Counted from the stretch's first letter, positions 40,045-50,562 are shown. The stretch is 64,000 bases of DNA from Bacillaceae bacterium (GCA_041640535.1 JBEQAC010000001.1:17083-81082); one strand, 5' to 3'. The notes: a model not told the origin generated them from the letters alone. Program-made: numbers and translations.

Positions 40045-41151
40045 ATGGAAGTTCGCTTTTTTAATGTAAGTGAGACAAACCAACTAAAGCAAGGGATTCA
40101 TGAAGTATGGGCAAAAAATCATATTTTTGTGAGAGAAGAAAAATTATTAAACTATATGTTCTTAGAAAATCCAGCTAAAGACTTATTGGTTAATGACCAA
40201 CATTACAGTTTCCTTGGTGCGTGGAAGGATCATTCTCTAATAGGTCTTTTAGGAGTGATGCCCTTTACATTAAATGTATGTGGAAAAAAAGAAGTTGGCT
40301 GCACCTTAGCAAATTGGGGTGTATTACCGGAACAAAGAAATTCTGGCGCAGGATTAGCCCTAATGCAGCATGTTCAAAAGCTAAATCCAAGTATCATTCT
40401 TGCGCTGGGAATAAATGAAACTGTAGCAAAGCTATATAAGTTAATGAAATGGAAAGTAGATGAACAAACTCCACGTTGGATTGGTCTAGTTCAAAAAGAA
40501 AAAACCATCGATTTAATGTTAAATGGAAATCCCTATCCCTTAAGATACTGGAATGAAATAAAACAAATAAAGACTAATTCGAATTATACTGTTGAAAAAG
40601 TTGATTCTTTAGATGAGGAAATGTGGAATACCTTTTACTGGGATGGCTTTGCGAAAGATTCTATAGGGTTTGCAAGAGATTTCTCTTTTTTACAATGGAG
40701 ATATTTTGAACATCCTTTTTTCCATTATCATGTTTTTACGTGCAAAGATGGCACTGGGAAATATAAAGGCCTTGCAATTGTCCGAGTTGAAAACATCCTA
40801 AATGGAGAAAAGATTGGAAGAATTGTAGAGTTCATTTCTTCAGATCAAGATAGTGCCATTTCTCTAGCTAATGCCATGATTGAAATGGATAGAGACATTC
40901 TTTTCTTTGATTTCTTTTGCTTCTCAAGTATCTCATCATGGGGGTTAGAAGCAGTAGGCTTTAAACAAGTGTTAAAAAGTGAAACCGATCAGATTGTTCT
41001 TCCTTTACGATTTCAGCCACTCGATTTGGCCGTGACTGATTTAAGGGCGTCTATGTTTGTCACACCGAAGTTTGCTAAAGAATATAATCTAGTAAAAAAT
41101 GATCTATGGTATATCACGAAAGGTGATGCAGACCAGGATCGCCCCAATTAA
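40045..41151 (+). CDS. Double-GNAT-like acyltransferase
   Basis: GNAT motif A WGVLPEQRNSGAG, and R.FSFLQWRYFEHP typical of glycan-locus GNAT proteins. SD GGGTGA, ATG 40045. Confidence 0.65.
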   Translation: MEVRFFNVSETNQLKQGIHEVWAKNHIFVREEKLLNYMFLENPAKDLLVNDQHYSFLGAWKDHSLIGLLGVMPFTLNVCGKKEVGCTLANWGVLPEQRNSGAGLALMQHVQKLNPSIILALGINETVAKLYKLMKWKVDEQTPRWIGLVQKEKTIDLMLNGNPYPLRYWNEIKQIKTNSNYTVEKVDSLDEEMWNTFYWDGFAKDSIGFARDFSFLQWRYFEHPFFHYHVFTCKDGTGKYKGLAIVRVENILNGEKIGRIVEFISSDQDSAISLANAMIEMDRDILFFDFFCFSSISSWGLEAVGFKQVLKSETDQIVLPLRFQPLDLAVTDLRASMFVTPKFAKEYNLVKNDLWYITKGDADQDRPN

Positions 41152-41175
41152 TTTTACTAGATAAGTAGGGAGATT

Positions 41176-42105
41176 ATGAACGATATTGCAGTGATGTACC
41201 ATTATGTAAGAAACCGTAGTGGTTGGAAGGGCATCTTTCCTTTAGAACCAAAGAACTTTGAGAAACAAATCGAAATCCTGACAACTAAATATGAGATTGT
41301 TGAACCTTGTGATTTAGTTAAAAAAAGTTCAAAACCTAAATGTGTATTAACCTTTGACGACGCAACAAAAGATCAATATACAGTGGCCTTTGATATGATA
41401 AAAAGAAAAGGTCTACCAGCTTATTTTACGGTTATGTCAGGACCACTTGTACAGCAGAAAATCCCCGTATTCCACTTAGTTCACACCGTTTTATCCATTT
41501 ATTCAGATGAAGAAATTTGGGATGATCTCAATAAAAAGTTCACACTACATGATATCCACCAATTAAGCTCCGATTATTACCATTATGAAAAAGATTTATT
41601 ACGAAGATATATTAAATATACCTTGAACTTTTTCTTAACTGAAAATCAAAGTTTAGAATTCTTAGAAAACAGAGTAATATCAAAGTTTGGTGATAAACAA
41701 ACTTTTATTGAGCAATTTTATATATCGAAAGAAGAATTTAAAAATATGAGTAAAGCCGGAATGACAATAGGTGTTCATTGTGTAGACCACAGACCGTATA
41801 TGGGGAAAGCTTTAGAATTTTATCAATCAGAAATTGAGCCTTGTGAAAAGTTTATTAGAGACGAAATTGGTATAGAACCAAGGTGGTATACACCTGCATT
41901 TGGTGGTGGGGAACAGCAGCAGCATATGATTAAGCACTTAGAGCCAATCTTAAAAGAAAAGGGATATAAAGGTGGGTTTTTAACGATAGCAGGACACAAT
42001 CATGGATTAGATAATTTCTGGTTGAAGAGATTTGATTGTGTAAATCTTCCACCTATTAGAAATGTAAGGTTAGATAATATATCAACGAATGGGGGATCAA
42101 AGTGA
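41176..42105 (+). CDS. Polysaccharide deacetylase (CE4/NodB-like)
   Basis: MYHYV, LTFDD, IGVHCVDH, and R.D motifs; no signal peptide. Confidence 0.82.
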   Translation: MNDIAVMYHYVRNRSGWKGIFPLEPKNFEKQIEILTTKYEIVEPCDLVKKSSKPKCVLTFDDATKDQYTVAFDMIKRKGLPAYFTVMSGPLVQQKIPVFHLVHTVLSIYSDEEIWDDLNKKFTLHDIHQLSSDYYHYEKDLLRRYIKYTLNFFLTENQSLEFLENRVISKFGDKQTFIEQFYISKEEFKNMSKAGMTIGVHCVDHRPYMGKALEFYQSEIEPCEKFIRDEIGIEPRWYTPAFGGGEQQQHMIKHLEPILKEKGYKGGFLTIAGHNHGLDNFWLKRFDCVNLPPIRNVRLDNISTNGGSK

Positions 42106-42335
42106 TATTAGAGAAGTTGCAGGAAATATTTAGAGATATTTTTGATGATGAAGAATTAGTACTCACGTATGAAACAAAAAGTTCTGAGATTGATCGTTGG
42201 GATTCTTTAGCTACGGTTAGTATGATCTCGGCAGTTTGTGATGAATTTGACATAAGCATAAGTCTTAGTGAGTTCGGCATGTTTACTGATGTAAAATCTA
42301 TCGTTGAGTTAATTCAATCCAAGGAATCAAAATGA
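42102..42335 (+). CDS. Stand-alone acyl carrier protein
   Basis: 77 aa, acidic, WDSL phosphopantetheine site; start overlaps the deacetylase stop. Confidence 0.9.
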   Translation: MILEKLQEIFRDIFDDEELVLTYETKSSEIDRWDSLATVSMISAVCDEFDISISLSEFGMFTDVKSIVELIQSKESK

Positions 42336-42366
42336 GATTGATCGAGATATTGAAAGGGTGTGACGT

Positions 42367-43620
42367 ATGTCAGGAAAATGGCTCTATTTGCCAATTGAGG
42401 GAATAACACGCGAGTTAGACGGAAAATTACTTTTAGCCTATTATGCAGTAAAAAATAACTTTAATGTGATCATTGGAATGCAGCGTTCTTTATATAATTA
42501 TGTTCAAGTTTTACCAAAAGGAATCTGGTTGTCTAAGGGATATCCAAAAAGCAGCAGGATTAAAAAAGGGCCATTACGCCTTGCTAAAGAGATTGGACAT
42601 AAGGTGGTTGAATTGGATGAAGAAGGTTTGATTTTTAACCAAAATATGTATCAACGTAGAATTAATAAGACTCACTTTGCCTTGCTAGATGAGATCTATT
42701 GCTGGGGAAATCGCCAAAGGGATTATATATTTAATATTTATGGTGATTCTAATAAAGTTCACCTAACAGGCCATCCACGTTTTGATTTAGTTAAGGAAAA
42801 ATTTCATGGTTTGTATAAAGAAGAGGTAGAAAAGATTCAAAAACAGTTTGGAGAGTTTATCTTAATAAATACTAGATTTGATAAATATAATGGCCAAAAA
42901 GGCTTTAATTTAAATGAACCATTTATTAAAACTCTATATGAGCACTTTATTGATATGACAAAACAGCTAAGTCAACAATACCCTGATTATAACTTCGTGC
43001 TTCGTCCTCATCCTCGAGAAAATATTCATAGCTATCAGATAGAGTTTGAAAATTTTAACAATGTGTTTACGATCCATGAAGGAAGTATCGCGAAATGGAA
43101 CTTAGCCTCTAAACTTATCATACACAATGGCTGTACAACAGGAATTGAAGCTTTTTTAATGAATAAACCAGTAATCTCGTATATGCCAGTCACGTCAGAG
43201 GAGCATATCGATGAATATTTAGCTAATGCAGTCAGTGATCAGGTACAGAATATCGAAGAACTAATTTCTTATATCAATCATTACTTGGTTAACCCAAAAG
43301 TAAATGAGGAACAGAAACAAGCTCGAACTAAAATATTATCAAATTTTTATTCAGCTTTAGGCGATCACTATGCTTATGAAAATTTAGTTCATTTACTAGA
43401 TATGATTAGTCATAAAATAGACACTTCCAACACTCATGTAGATTCTTTGGATGGTGTAGAAGTAGCACAAGGTCGTTCGCAAATATCAAAGGATAAGGTA
43501 AATGACCTTTTTGCCCGGTTAGATGATCTTGAAGGAGAGGAAAACTATAGAACGGTTAAACAAATAAAGAGACATTTAGTATTGATTAAACCACAATCGG
43601 CTCCTTTTGATGGTGATTAG
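42367..43620 (+). CDS. Surface carbohydrate biosynthesis protein (TIGR04396-like), paralogue 1
   Basis: [51 protein letters not shown]. Confidence 0.75.
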   Translation: MSGKWLYLPIEGITRELDGKLLLAYYAVKNNFNVIIGMQRSLYNYVQVLPKGIWLSKGYPKSSRIKKGPLRLAKEIGHKVVELDEEGLIFNQNMYQRRINKTHFALLDEIYCWGNRQRDYIFNIYGDSNKVHLTGHPRFDLVKEKFHGLYKEEVEKIQKQFGEFILINTRFDKYNGQKGFNLNEPFIKTLYEHFIDMTKQLSQQYPDYNFVLRPHPRENIHSYQIEFENFNNVFTIHEGSIAKWNLASKLIIHNGCTTGIEAFLMNKPVISYMPVTSEEHIDEYLANAVSDQVQNIEELISYINHYLVNPKVNEEQKQARTKILSNFYSALGDHYAYENLVHLLDMISHKIDTSNTHVDSLDGVEVAQGRSQISKDKVNDLFARLDDLEGEENYRTVKQIKRHLVLIKPQSAPFDGD

Positions 43621-43719
43621 GAACTTCCGCTTTTGTCTCCGTTTCACTTTTGAATAATGCAAATATAATAAGGTATTAGGTATAACTAATATCTTATTTG
43701 CACTAGAAAGGAGCCACTT

Positions 43720-44982
43720 ATGTCAGAAAAATGGCTTTATCTACCGGTTGAAGTAATTACAAGGGAAATTGATGCAAAGCTTCTTTTAACCTATTATGCT
43801 GTGAAACAACAATTTAATGTCATTCTTGCAAAACAGCACAAATTATATGAACAAATGGAATCTTTACCAAAAGGAATTTTTTTATCTAAAGGATATCCAA
43901 AGAATAAAAAAGGACCATTATTTGATGCGAAAGAATTCGGCCACGCTGTAGTTGAATTAGATGAAGAAGGATTAATTTTTAATGAGAATGTCTATTTAAG
44001 TCATAGAGTTCAAGAAGACTATTTTAGGATACTTGATCATGTCTATTGTTGGGGAATTGATCAAAAAAACACGTTGTTAAGAGCCTATGGAGAGAAAGAA
44101 AAATTATCTTTAACAGGCCATCCTCGCTTTGATCTTCTTAAGGAAAAATATCGTTCAATTTACAGTGATGAAGTTGAAACAATAAAAAAACAGTACGGTA
44201 ACTTTATATTAGTAAATACAAGATTTGGAGTTTATAACCATATAAAAGGATTCAGACCAAGACATGAATTTATTAAGAGCCTTTATGACCACTTTATCTC
44301 AATGGTAAAAGAATTAAGCAAAAAATATCCTACTTACAACATCATCATCCGTCCACATCCACGCGAAAAATTTGAAAGCTACCACACTGAATTTAAACAT
44401 TGTAAAAATGTATTTGTTGTCCATGAAGGAAGTATCGTGAAGTGGAATCTAGCCGCTTCCTGTGTCATTCATAATGGTTGTACCACTGGAATTGAAGCAT
44501 TTTTACTTGATCGACCAGTCCTTTCTTATATGCCAGTAACCTCTGAAAAACATACAGATGAGTATTTAGCAAATGAAGTAAGCTTACAAGTAACAAGCTT
44601 ACAAGAATTAATGACGATCGTGGACTCATACCTAAATAAAGGGGAAAATATTAGATTAAATGAGCAAAACCATAAAAACAAACGAAAGAACATTCTATCA
44701 AACTATTATGCGGCATTAGATGAAAATTACGCTTATGAAAATATTCTTCGTTTATTAACACAGCTGACAATTAAGGATGATTCTTCATCAGAGGATTTAA
44801 ACATAACAATTGAAGATCCATTAATTGAAGATGAAGTAGAAATTGAAAATGACACATCATTAATATCTCGAAACAAAATAGAAGCATTTTTTTCTAAATT
44901 GGATGAAATTGAAAAATGTCCATCTAACATGATCATTGATCAATTAGACCGAAATTTTTTCATCATTAAAAACAAGAAATAA
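43720..44982 (+). CDS. Surface carbohydrate biosynthesis protein (TIGR04396-like), paralogue 2
   Basis: Same motif series as 42367, collinear over nearly the whole length. Confidence 0.75.
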   Translation: MSEKWLYLPVEVITREIDAKLLLTYYAVKQQFNVILAKQHKLYEQMESLPKGIFLSKGYPKNKKGPLFDAKEFGHAVVELDEEGLIFNENVYLSHRVQEDYFRILDHVYCWGIDQKNTLLRAYGEKEKLSLTGHPRFDLLKEKYRSIYSDEVETIKKQYGNFILVNTRFGVYNHIKGFRPRHEFIKSLYDHFISMVKELSKKYPTYNIIIRPHPREKFESYHTEFKHCKNVFVVHEGSIVKWNLAASCVIHNGCTTGIEAFLLDRPVLSYMPVTSEKHTDEYLANEVSLQVTSLQELMTIVDSYLNKGENIRLNEQNHKNKRKNILSNYYAALDENYAYENILRLLTQLTIKDDSSSEDLNITIEDPLIEDEVEIENDTSLISRNKIEAFFSKLDEIEKCPSNMIIDQLDRNFFIIKNKK

Positions 44983-44995
44983 TGGGGGAAATCTA

Positions 44996-46042
44996 ATGGC
45001 TAAACCATCTATCCAAATTGGAGAACGTTTAATAGGAGAAGACTACAAACCATTGGTAATAGCCGAAATTGGTATAAACCATGAAGGTAGTTTAGAAGTG
45101 GCAAAACAAATGGTGGATGCAGCATGTCATGCAGGTGCAGAAATTGTGAAACACCAAACACATGTTGTTGAAGATGAGATGAGTAAAGAATCGAGAAATT
45201 TAATTCCTGGGAATACAGACGTTTCCATTTATGATGTGATGGAAAGATGTGCATTAAATGAAGAAGAAGAATTTGCCTTAAAGGAATACGTTGAATCTAA
45301 AGGAATGATTTACTTAAGTACCCCATTTTCACGAGCAGCTGCAATTAGGCTAGAGAAGATGGGGGTACTTGCATATAAGATAGGTTCTGGAGAATGTAAC
45401 AACTATCCTCTTCTTGAGCTGGTTGCATCATTTGGTAAACCGATGATTGTGTCAACAGGCATGAATGATATCGGTAGTATCAAAAAAACCGTACACATTT
45501 TAGAAAAATACAAAGTTCCATATGCATTGTTACACTGTACGAACCTCTATCCAACTCCTCCACATCTTGTGAGGCTAGGGGGGATGCTAGAACTGAAGCA
45601 AACATTTAAGAATGCAGTGATTGGATTATCTGACCATACCATCAATAATCATGCTTGTCTTGCGGCTACTGCTTTAGGAGCTTCGATATTAGAGCGACAT
45701 TTTACTGACTGTAAGAGTAGAAAGGGACCAGATATTGTATGTTCTATGGACCCTAAGGAATTGAATGAGCTCATTACAGGATCTGCACAAATTGCCCTGA
45801 TGAGGGGTGGGAAAAAAGAGGCAGCAAAAGAGGAACAAGTAACCATTGACTTTGCCTTTGCGACTGTGGTTGCAACAAGAGACCTAAAAAAAGGTGATCA
45901 TTTATCTTCAGAAAATATTTGGGTGAAGAGACCTGGCACTGGTGAAATAAAAGCAGAATATTATCATTCAATCCTTGGAAAACGTCTAAAAAAAGATGTA
46001 TTTAGTGATGAGCATTTAAGGTGGGAAGATTTTGAGGATTAA
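44996..46042 (+). CDS. neuB: N-acetylneuraminate synthase
   Basis: [46 protein letters not shown]-terminal SAF domain (WVKRPG). Confidence 0.95.
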   Translation: MAKPSIQIGERLIGEDYKPLVIAEIGINHEGSLEVAKQMVDAACHAGAEIVKHQTHVVEDEMSKESRNLIPGNTDVSIYDVMERCALNEEEEFALKEYVESKGMIYLSTPFSRAAAIRLEKMGVLAYKIGSGECNNYPLLELVASFGKPMIVSTGMNDIGSIKKTVHILEKYKVPYALLHCTNLYPTPPHLVRLGGMLELKQTFKNAVIGLSDHTINNHACLAATALGASILERHFTDCKSRKGPDIVCSMDPKELNELITGSAQIALMRGGKKEAAKEEQVTIDFAFATVVATRDLKKGDHLSSENIWVKRPGTGEIKAEYYHSILGKRLKKDVFSDEHLRWEDFED

Positions 46043-46059
46043 GACATGGAGTGTATCAC

Positions 46060-47196
46060 ATGAAGAAAATACTGTTCTTAACAGGGACGAGAGCAGACTA
46101 TGGGAAGTTAAAATCGTTAATGAAGAAAGTCGAAAATAGCCCGAAATTTGAGCTTCATATTTTTGTGACGGGTATGCATATGCTTTCTAAATATGGTTCA
46201 ACATGGAAAGAGTTGAAAAAAGACGGGTTTAAAAATGTGTATCATTTCATCAATCAAAAAGAAAATTCTTATATGGATATTTCTTTAAGCAATACCATCT
46301 TAGGATTAAGTAACTATGTTGATGAATTAAAGCCAGATATGATCGTCATTCATGGTGACCGACTTGAAGCATTAGCTGGTGCAATTGTTGGCGCATTTAA
46401 CAATATTAGAGTCGCTCATATTGAAGGTGGAGAGGTATCAGGGACGATTGATGAATCGATTAGACATTCAATTACCAAACTCTCACATCTGCATTTAGTG
46501 AGTAATGAAGAAGCGAAAAAGCGAATCATCCAACTAGGTGAGCCAGAAGAAACCATTTTTATCATCGGTTCACCAGATATTGATATTATGATATCTGAAA
46601 ACCTGCCAACGCTAGATGAGGTTAGAAAGCAGTATCATATTCTATTTAAGAATTATGCCATCCTCATGTATCATCCAGTGACTACAGAAATTCATAAATT
46701 AAAGGATCATGTGAAGCATTTAGTTGATACCTTATTGATGACAAATAAAAACTACATCGTGATTTATCCAAATAACGACCTAGGCAGCGATACCATTTTA
46801 AATGAATATAAAAGATTAGAGGGAAATGACAACTTTAGAATCTATCCATCGATGAGATTTGAATCCTTTCTAACCTTATTAAAACACAGTGATTTCATTA
46901 TAGGGAACTCGAGTGCAGGGGTTAGAGAGACGGGGATTTATGGGATTCCATCTATTGATCTAGGAAATCGGCAAAAGGGTAGATATTCTCCTGTGAAAGT
47001 GAAGAATATTATTCATGTGGATGAGACAGATGGAAATTGCGACTTAATGAAGGCTATTGAAAGGATTGAGGATTTAAAGGTAGTAAGTCAAAGCTTTGGT
47101 GATGGAAAAAGTGATGAAAAGTTTATTAAGATTCTTGAAGATGATGAGATTTGGAACATCGAGATACAAAAACGATTTATTGATGTTGAATTTTAG
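46060..47196 (+). CDS. neuC: Hydrolysing UDP-GlcNAc 2-epimerase
   Basis: TGTRADYG, TGMH, HGDRLE, HIEGGE.SGTIDE..RH, YPNND.G, GNSS, RQKGR. Start ATG 46060. Confidence 0.95.
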   Translation: MKKILFLTGTRADYGKLKSLMKKVENSPKFELHIFVTGMHMLSKYGSTWKELKKDGFKNVYHFINQKENSYMDISLSNTILGLSNYVDELKPDMIVIHGDRLEALAGAIVGAFNNIRVAHIEGGEVSGTIDESIRHSITKLSHLHLVSNEEAKKRIIQLGEPEETIFIIGSPDIDIMISENLPTLDEVRKQYHILFKNYAILMYHPVTTEIHKLKDHVKHLVDTLLMTNKNYIVIYPNNDLGSDTILNEYKRLEGNDNFRIYPSMRFESFLTLLKHSDFIIGNSSAGVRETGIYGIPSIDLGNRQKGRYSPVKVKNIIHVDETDGNCDLMKAIERIEDLKVVSQSFGDGKSDEKFIKILEDDEIWNIEIQKRFIDVEF

Positions 47197-47206
47197 GAGG
47201 GAGAGC

Positions 47207-47920
47207 ATGTATAATGGCAAATCTTTTTTGGCGCTCATTCCAGCAAGAGGAGGAAGCAAAGGGATTCCACGAAAAAATATAACAGAGGTCAATGACAAAC
47301 CACTTATTCAATATACAATTGATGAAGCAAAAGCATCTCATTATCTTGATAAAATTATCGTTACAACAGATGATGATGAAATCGCCGCTATTTCCAAACG
47401 TTGTGGAGCAGAAGTCCCTTTTATGAGACCGAAAAAGTTGGCGACAGATGAGGCAAAAACGATTGATAGTATCATCCATGCTCTTGAAATGTTGGAAGCG
47501 AGTGGGGAAAGGTATGATTATTTAGTTTTACTTCAACCAACCCAACCCTTAAGAAAAGGTTGGCATATTGACGAAGCGATCGAACTGATTGTACATCGTA
47601 AAGAAGACAGTTTAGTTAGTATTTCAAAGGTGAAGGAACATCCTATTTTAATAAGGACACTAGACCCTAACGGGAAAGTGAAGAATTTATTCGATGTAAA
47701 TAGTACCGTAAGGAGACAGGACTTTCCTGATTATTATAAGGTCAATGGGGCCATATATATTAATAGAATTAATAAGGGATTGTCAAAAAAAGCTAGTTTA
47801 AATGATAATAAACTAGCTTATATTATGCAACCCGAATTTGATTTGGATATTGATGAGCCTGAAGATTTAGCGTTATTAAAATATAAACTTGATAAACGAG
47901 AGGCGGGAGATAAAACGTGA
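47207..47920 (+). CDS. neuA: CMP-N-acetylneuraminate synthetase
   Basis: IPARGGSKGIPRKN, TDD, LQPTQPLR, RRQD, NGAIY, DIDEPED. SD AGGAGG, ATG 47207. Confidence 0.95.
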   Translation: MYNGKSFLALIPARGGSKGIPRKNITEVNDKPLIQYTIDEAKASHYLDKIIVTTDDDEIAAISKRCGAEVPFMRPKKLATDEAKTIDSIIHALEMLEASGERYDYLVLLQPTQPLRKGWHIDEAIELIVHRKEDSLVSISKVKEHPILIRTLDPNGKVKNLFDVNSTVRRQDFPDYYKVNGAIYINRINKGLSKKASLNDNKLAYIMQPEFDLDIDEPEDLALLKYKLDKREAGDKT

Positions 47921-49698
47921 GCAAATGGTTTGAATATCCATTGGATTCTGGCTATTTACTACGAAAAAAACGGGCAATTCGGAAGGAATTATTAAAGAAA
48001 GAAGATTTCATCATGAAAAAAGTAGCAATATTAGGTGGGTCCACAACTTCAGAAATAAAGGACATGTTAGAGCTATTTTTATTAAATGAAGGAATAAAGC
48101 CTGAATTTTATGAGTCCGATTACAATAAATATTATGAAGATATGATGTTTAGTGAAAAACTAAAGCACTTTAAACCAGATATCATTTACATTCATACATC
48201 GTATCGTAATATCCTACATCGTCCTGAAATAGAAGATAACAGAGAGCAGGTTGAAGCTAAGTTAGAGAAGGAGTTTAACTACTATCAAGGATTATGGGAA
48301 AAAGCGATTTCCGATCATCAATGTATCGTGATTCAAAATAACTTTGAGTATCCTCGTCATCGAAGCTTAGGGAATTTAGATGCGGTTGATTATCGCGGAT
48401 TGACCCATTTTATAAATAAGCTAAACTGTAAGTTTGCAGAATATGCTCAGGAACATACCCAACTTATCATCAATGATATTCATTATTTGTCCTCTTGGAT
48501 AGGTCTTGAACACTGGCATGATTTGTCTTTCTGGTATCATTTTAAATATTCCTTATCTTTTCACGCCATTCCTCATTTGGCTAAAAATATAACAAATCTG
48601 ATTAAATCTATTTATGGGAAATCAAAGAAATGTTTAGTTCTTGATCTTGACCATACTTTATGGGGCGGAGTCATTGGGGATGACGGTGTTGATAACATCC
48701 AAATCGGAAAGGAAACCGCGGTTGCAGAAACGTATACAGGGTTACAGGAATATATTAAGGAGTTAGGTAAGCGAGGAGTTACACTTGCCATTTCCTCTAA
48801 AAATGACATTGGAAATGCGATTAAAGGATTACAACATCCTGAAATGCTTTTGAAAAAAGAAGACTTTTCGAATATAAAAGCCAACTGGGATCCGAAATAT
48901 ATGAATATAAAAAAAATTGCCGAAGAATTAAACATAGGTTTAGATAGTTTAATCTTTATTGATGATAACCCAGGTGAACGTGATCTTGTTAAATCTCAAT
49001 TACCACAGATAGCTGTTCCTAATATTGGGCAGAATGCTGTGGAATATCTTGATTATATTGATCGGAATGGTTATTTTGAGCCATTCAATATTTCAAAGGA
49101 AGACATGAAAAGAAAAGTATATTATGAAACAAATCAAAAAAGAGAGGAAGCGAAAGGGAAATATACTAGCTATGAAGAGTACTTGGAATCCCTTCAGATG
49201 ATTGCTGATATTAACTATTTTCATCCGATCTATCTTGAGAGAATCACACAATTAACAAATAAAACAAATCAATTTAATCTAACAACAAAAAGATATACCT
49301 TTACTGAGATCGAAGAAGTGAGCCAGTCAAAAAACAAACTCCCTCTTTATGGTCGGCTTAAGGATAAATATGGAGATAACGGGTTAATTTCGGTCTTAAT
49401 TGGTGATATCAGAGAAAATGAGCTTCATATCGAAGTATGGCTAATGAGTTGTAGGGTATTAAAAAGAGAGATGGAAACGGCAATGCTGGATGCATTAATT
49501 GAAGAGTGTAAGAAAAAGAAGATTGAGAAAATCTATGGTTACTATATTAAAACAAATAAAAATAAGATGGTTGAGAACTTGTATGGGGACTTAGGGTTCA
49601 AGGTTGTTGACAAAACGGAGGAACAAAGTAAATGGGTTCTTCAAGTTCATAAAGTGAAAGTAAAGAAAAACAAATTTATTGAAAGAGAATCATATTAA
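47917..49698 (+). CDS. FkbH-like HAD-IIIC glyceryl-ACP loading enzyme with N-terminal extension
   Basis: VLDLDHTLWGG, SSKN, NW..K, FIDD, QLTNKTNQFNLT, D.YGDNG, LMSCRV. Confidence 0.88.
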   Translation: MSKWFEYPLDSGYLLRKKRAIRKELLKKEDFIMKKVAILGGSTTSEIKDMLELFLLNEGIKPEFYESDYNKYYEDMMFSEKLKHFKPDIIYIHTSYRNILHRPEIEDNREQVEAKLEKEFNYYQGLWEKAISDHQCIVIQNNFEYPRHRSLGNLDAVDYRGLTHFINKLNCKFAEYAQEHTQLIINDIHYLSSWIGLEHWHDLSFWYHFKYSLSFHAIPHLAKNITNLIKSIYGKSKKCLVLDLDHTLWGGVIGDDGVDNIQIGKETAVAETYTGLQEYIKELGKRGVTLAISSKNDIGNAIKGLQHPEMLLKKEDFSNIKANWDPKYMNIKKIAEELNIGLDSLIFIDDNPGERDLVKSQLPQIAVPNIGQNAVEYLDYIDRNGYFEPFNISKEDMKRKVYYETNQKREEAKGKYTSYEEYLESLQMIADINYFHPIYLERITQLTNKTNQFNLTTKRYTFTEIEEVSQSKNKLPLYGRLKDKYGDNGLISVLIGDIRENELHIEVWLMSCRVLKREMETAMLDALIEECKKKKIEKIYGYYIKTNKNKMVENLYGDLGFKVVDKTEEQSKWVLQVHKVKVKKNKFIERESY

Positions 49699-50562
49699 AT
49701 GAGTACTGTTGATATCATTATCCCCATTTACAATTCATATGAATACACGAAGGAGTGTATTGATTCAGTCTATAAAAATACTGATTTACCATACCATTTG
49801 TATTTAATAAATGATGGGAGTACAGATACAAATGTGTTAGAGCTACTAAAGGACCTTCAAGCAGCAGTAAAGCCAAATAACTTACAATTATTAGAGGTTA
49901 TTCATCAAAAGCAACAGGAAGGCTTTGTTCGGAGTGTGAATAGGGGACTGAAACGCTCTAAAAATCATGCTGTCCTTCTTAATAGTGATACAGTCGTTCC
50001 AAAAAAATGGTTAAGTCGTATAGTTTTTCCGATTTTATCCAATAATACAATTGCTTCTGTTACGCCATTTTCAAACAATGCAGATCTATGTTCCTTCCCG
50101 TCAATACAACAAAAAAATTCAATCATGGAAAGCATCCACGTTGATATCGTAGATGAAGTTTTCTTGAAATATGGAACAAGTCAATTTATTGAGATTCCTA
50201 CAGGTGTGGGCTTTTGCATGGCTTTAAATCGTCATGTCATAGAGGAAATCGGAATGTTTGATGAAGGATTTGGATTAGGGTATGGTGAAGAGAATGATTG
50301 GTGCATGAGGGCTAGAAAGGCCGGATACAAAAATGTATTAATTCCTAATTTATATGTATTTCATCATGGTGGAACAACATTTAACTCCTACCTTGGAAAA
50401 CAAAAAAAACATCATCAATTGAAAAATCTTAAACGGTTAAGACAACGTCATCCAGATTTTGTCCGAGTTCATACTCGGTTTCGATCAGAAGATCCAATGA
50501 AACAAATAAGAGATCATCTTTTTCAGATGTTAAAAATAACGGTTTTCAATAAGGAGGATTGA
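49699..50562 (+). CDS. GT2 glycosyltransferase
   Basis: IIIPIYN, INDGSTD, GFVRSVN.G, LLNSDT, GYGEENDW. Confidence 0.9.
   Translation: MSTVDIIIPIYNSYEYTKECIDSVYKNTDLPYHLYLINDGSTDTNVLELLKDLQAAVKPNNLQLLEVIHQKQQEGFVRSVNRGLKRSKNHAVLLNSDTVVPKKWLSRIVFPILSNNTIASVTPFSNNADLCSFPSIQQKNSIMESIHVDIVDEVFLKYGTSQFIEIPTGVGFCMALNRHVIEEIGMFDEGFGLGYGEENDWCMRARKAGYKNVLIPNLYVFHHGGTTFNSYLGKQKKHHQLKNLKRLRQRHPDFVRVHTRFRSEDPMKQIRDHLFQMLKITVFNKED

Noticed and set aside
44580-44605. 11-bp direct repeat AAGCTTACAAG in paralogue 2
   Set aside because: In frame (SLQVTSLQ), no length change relative to paralogue 1 evident, and no functional signal.
44996-47920. Legionaminic/pseudaminic acid (sps-type) pathway
   Set aside because: No 4,6-dehydratase/aminotransferase pair, and NeuB/NeuC motifs are of the Neu5Ac type.
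42102-49698. FkbH + ACP as a PKS/NRPS or tetronate cluster
   Set aside because: No KS, AT, A, C, FabH-like or acyl-ACP dehydrogenase genes; the context is entirely glycan biosynthesis.
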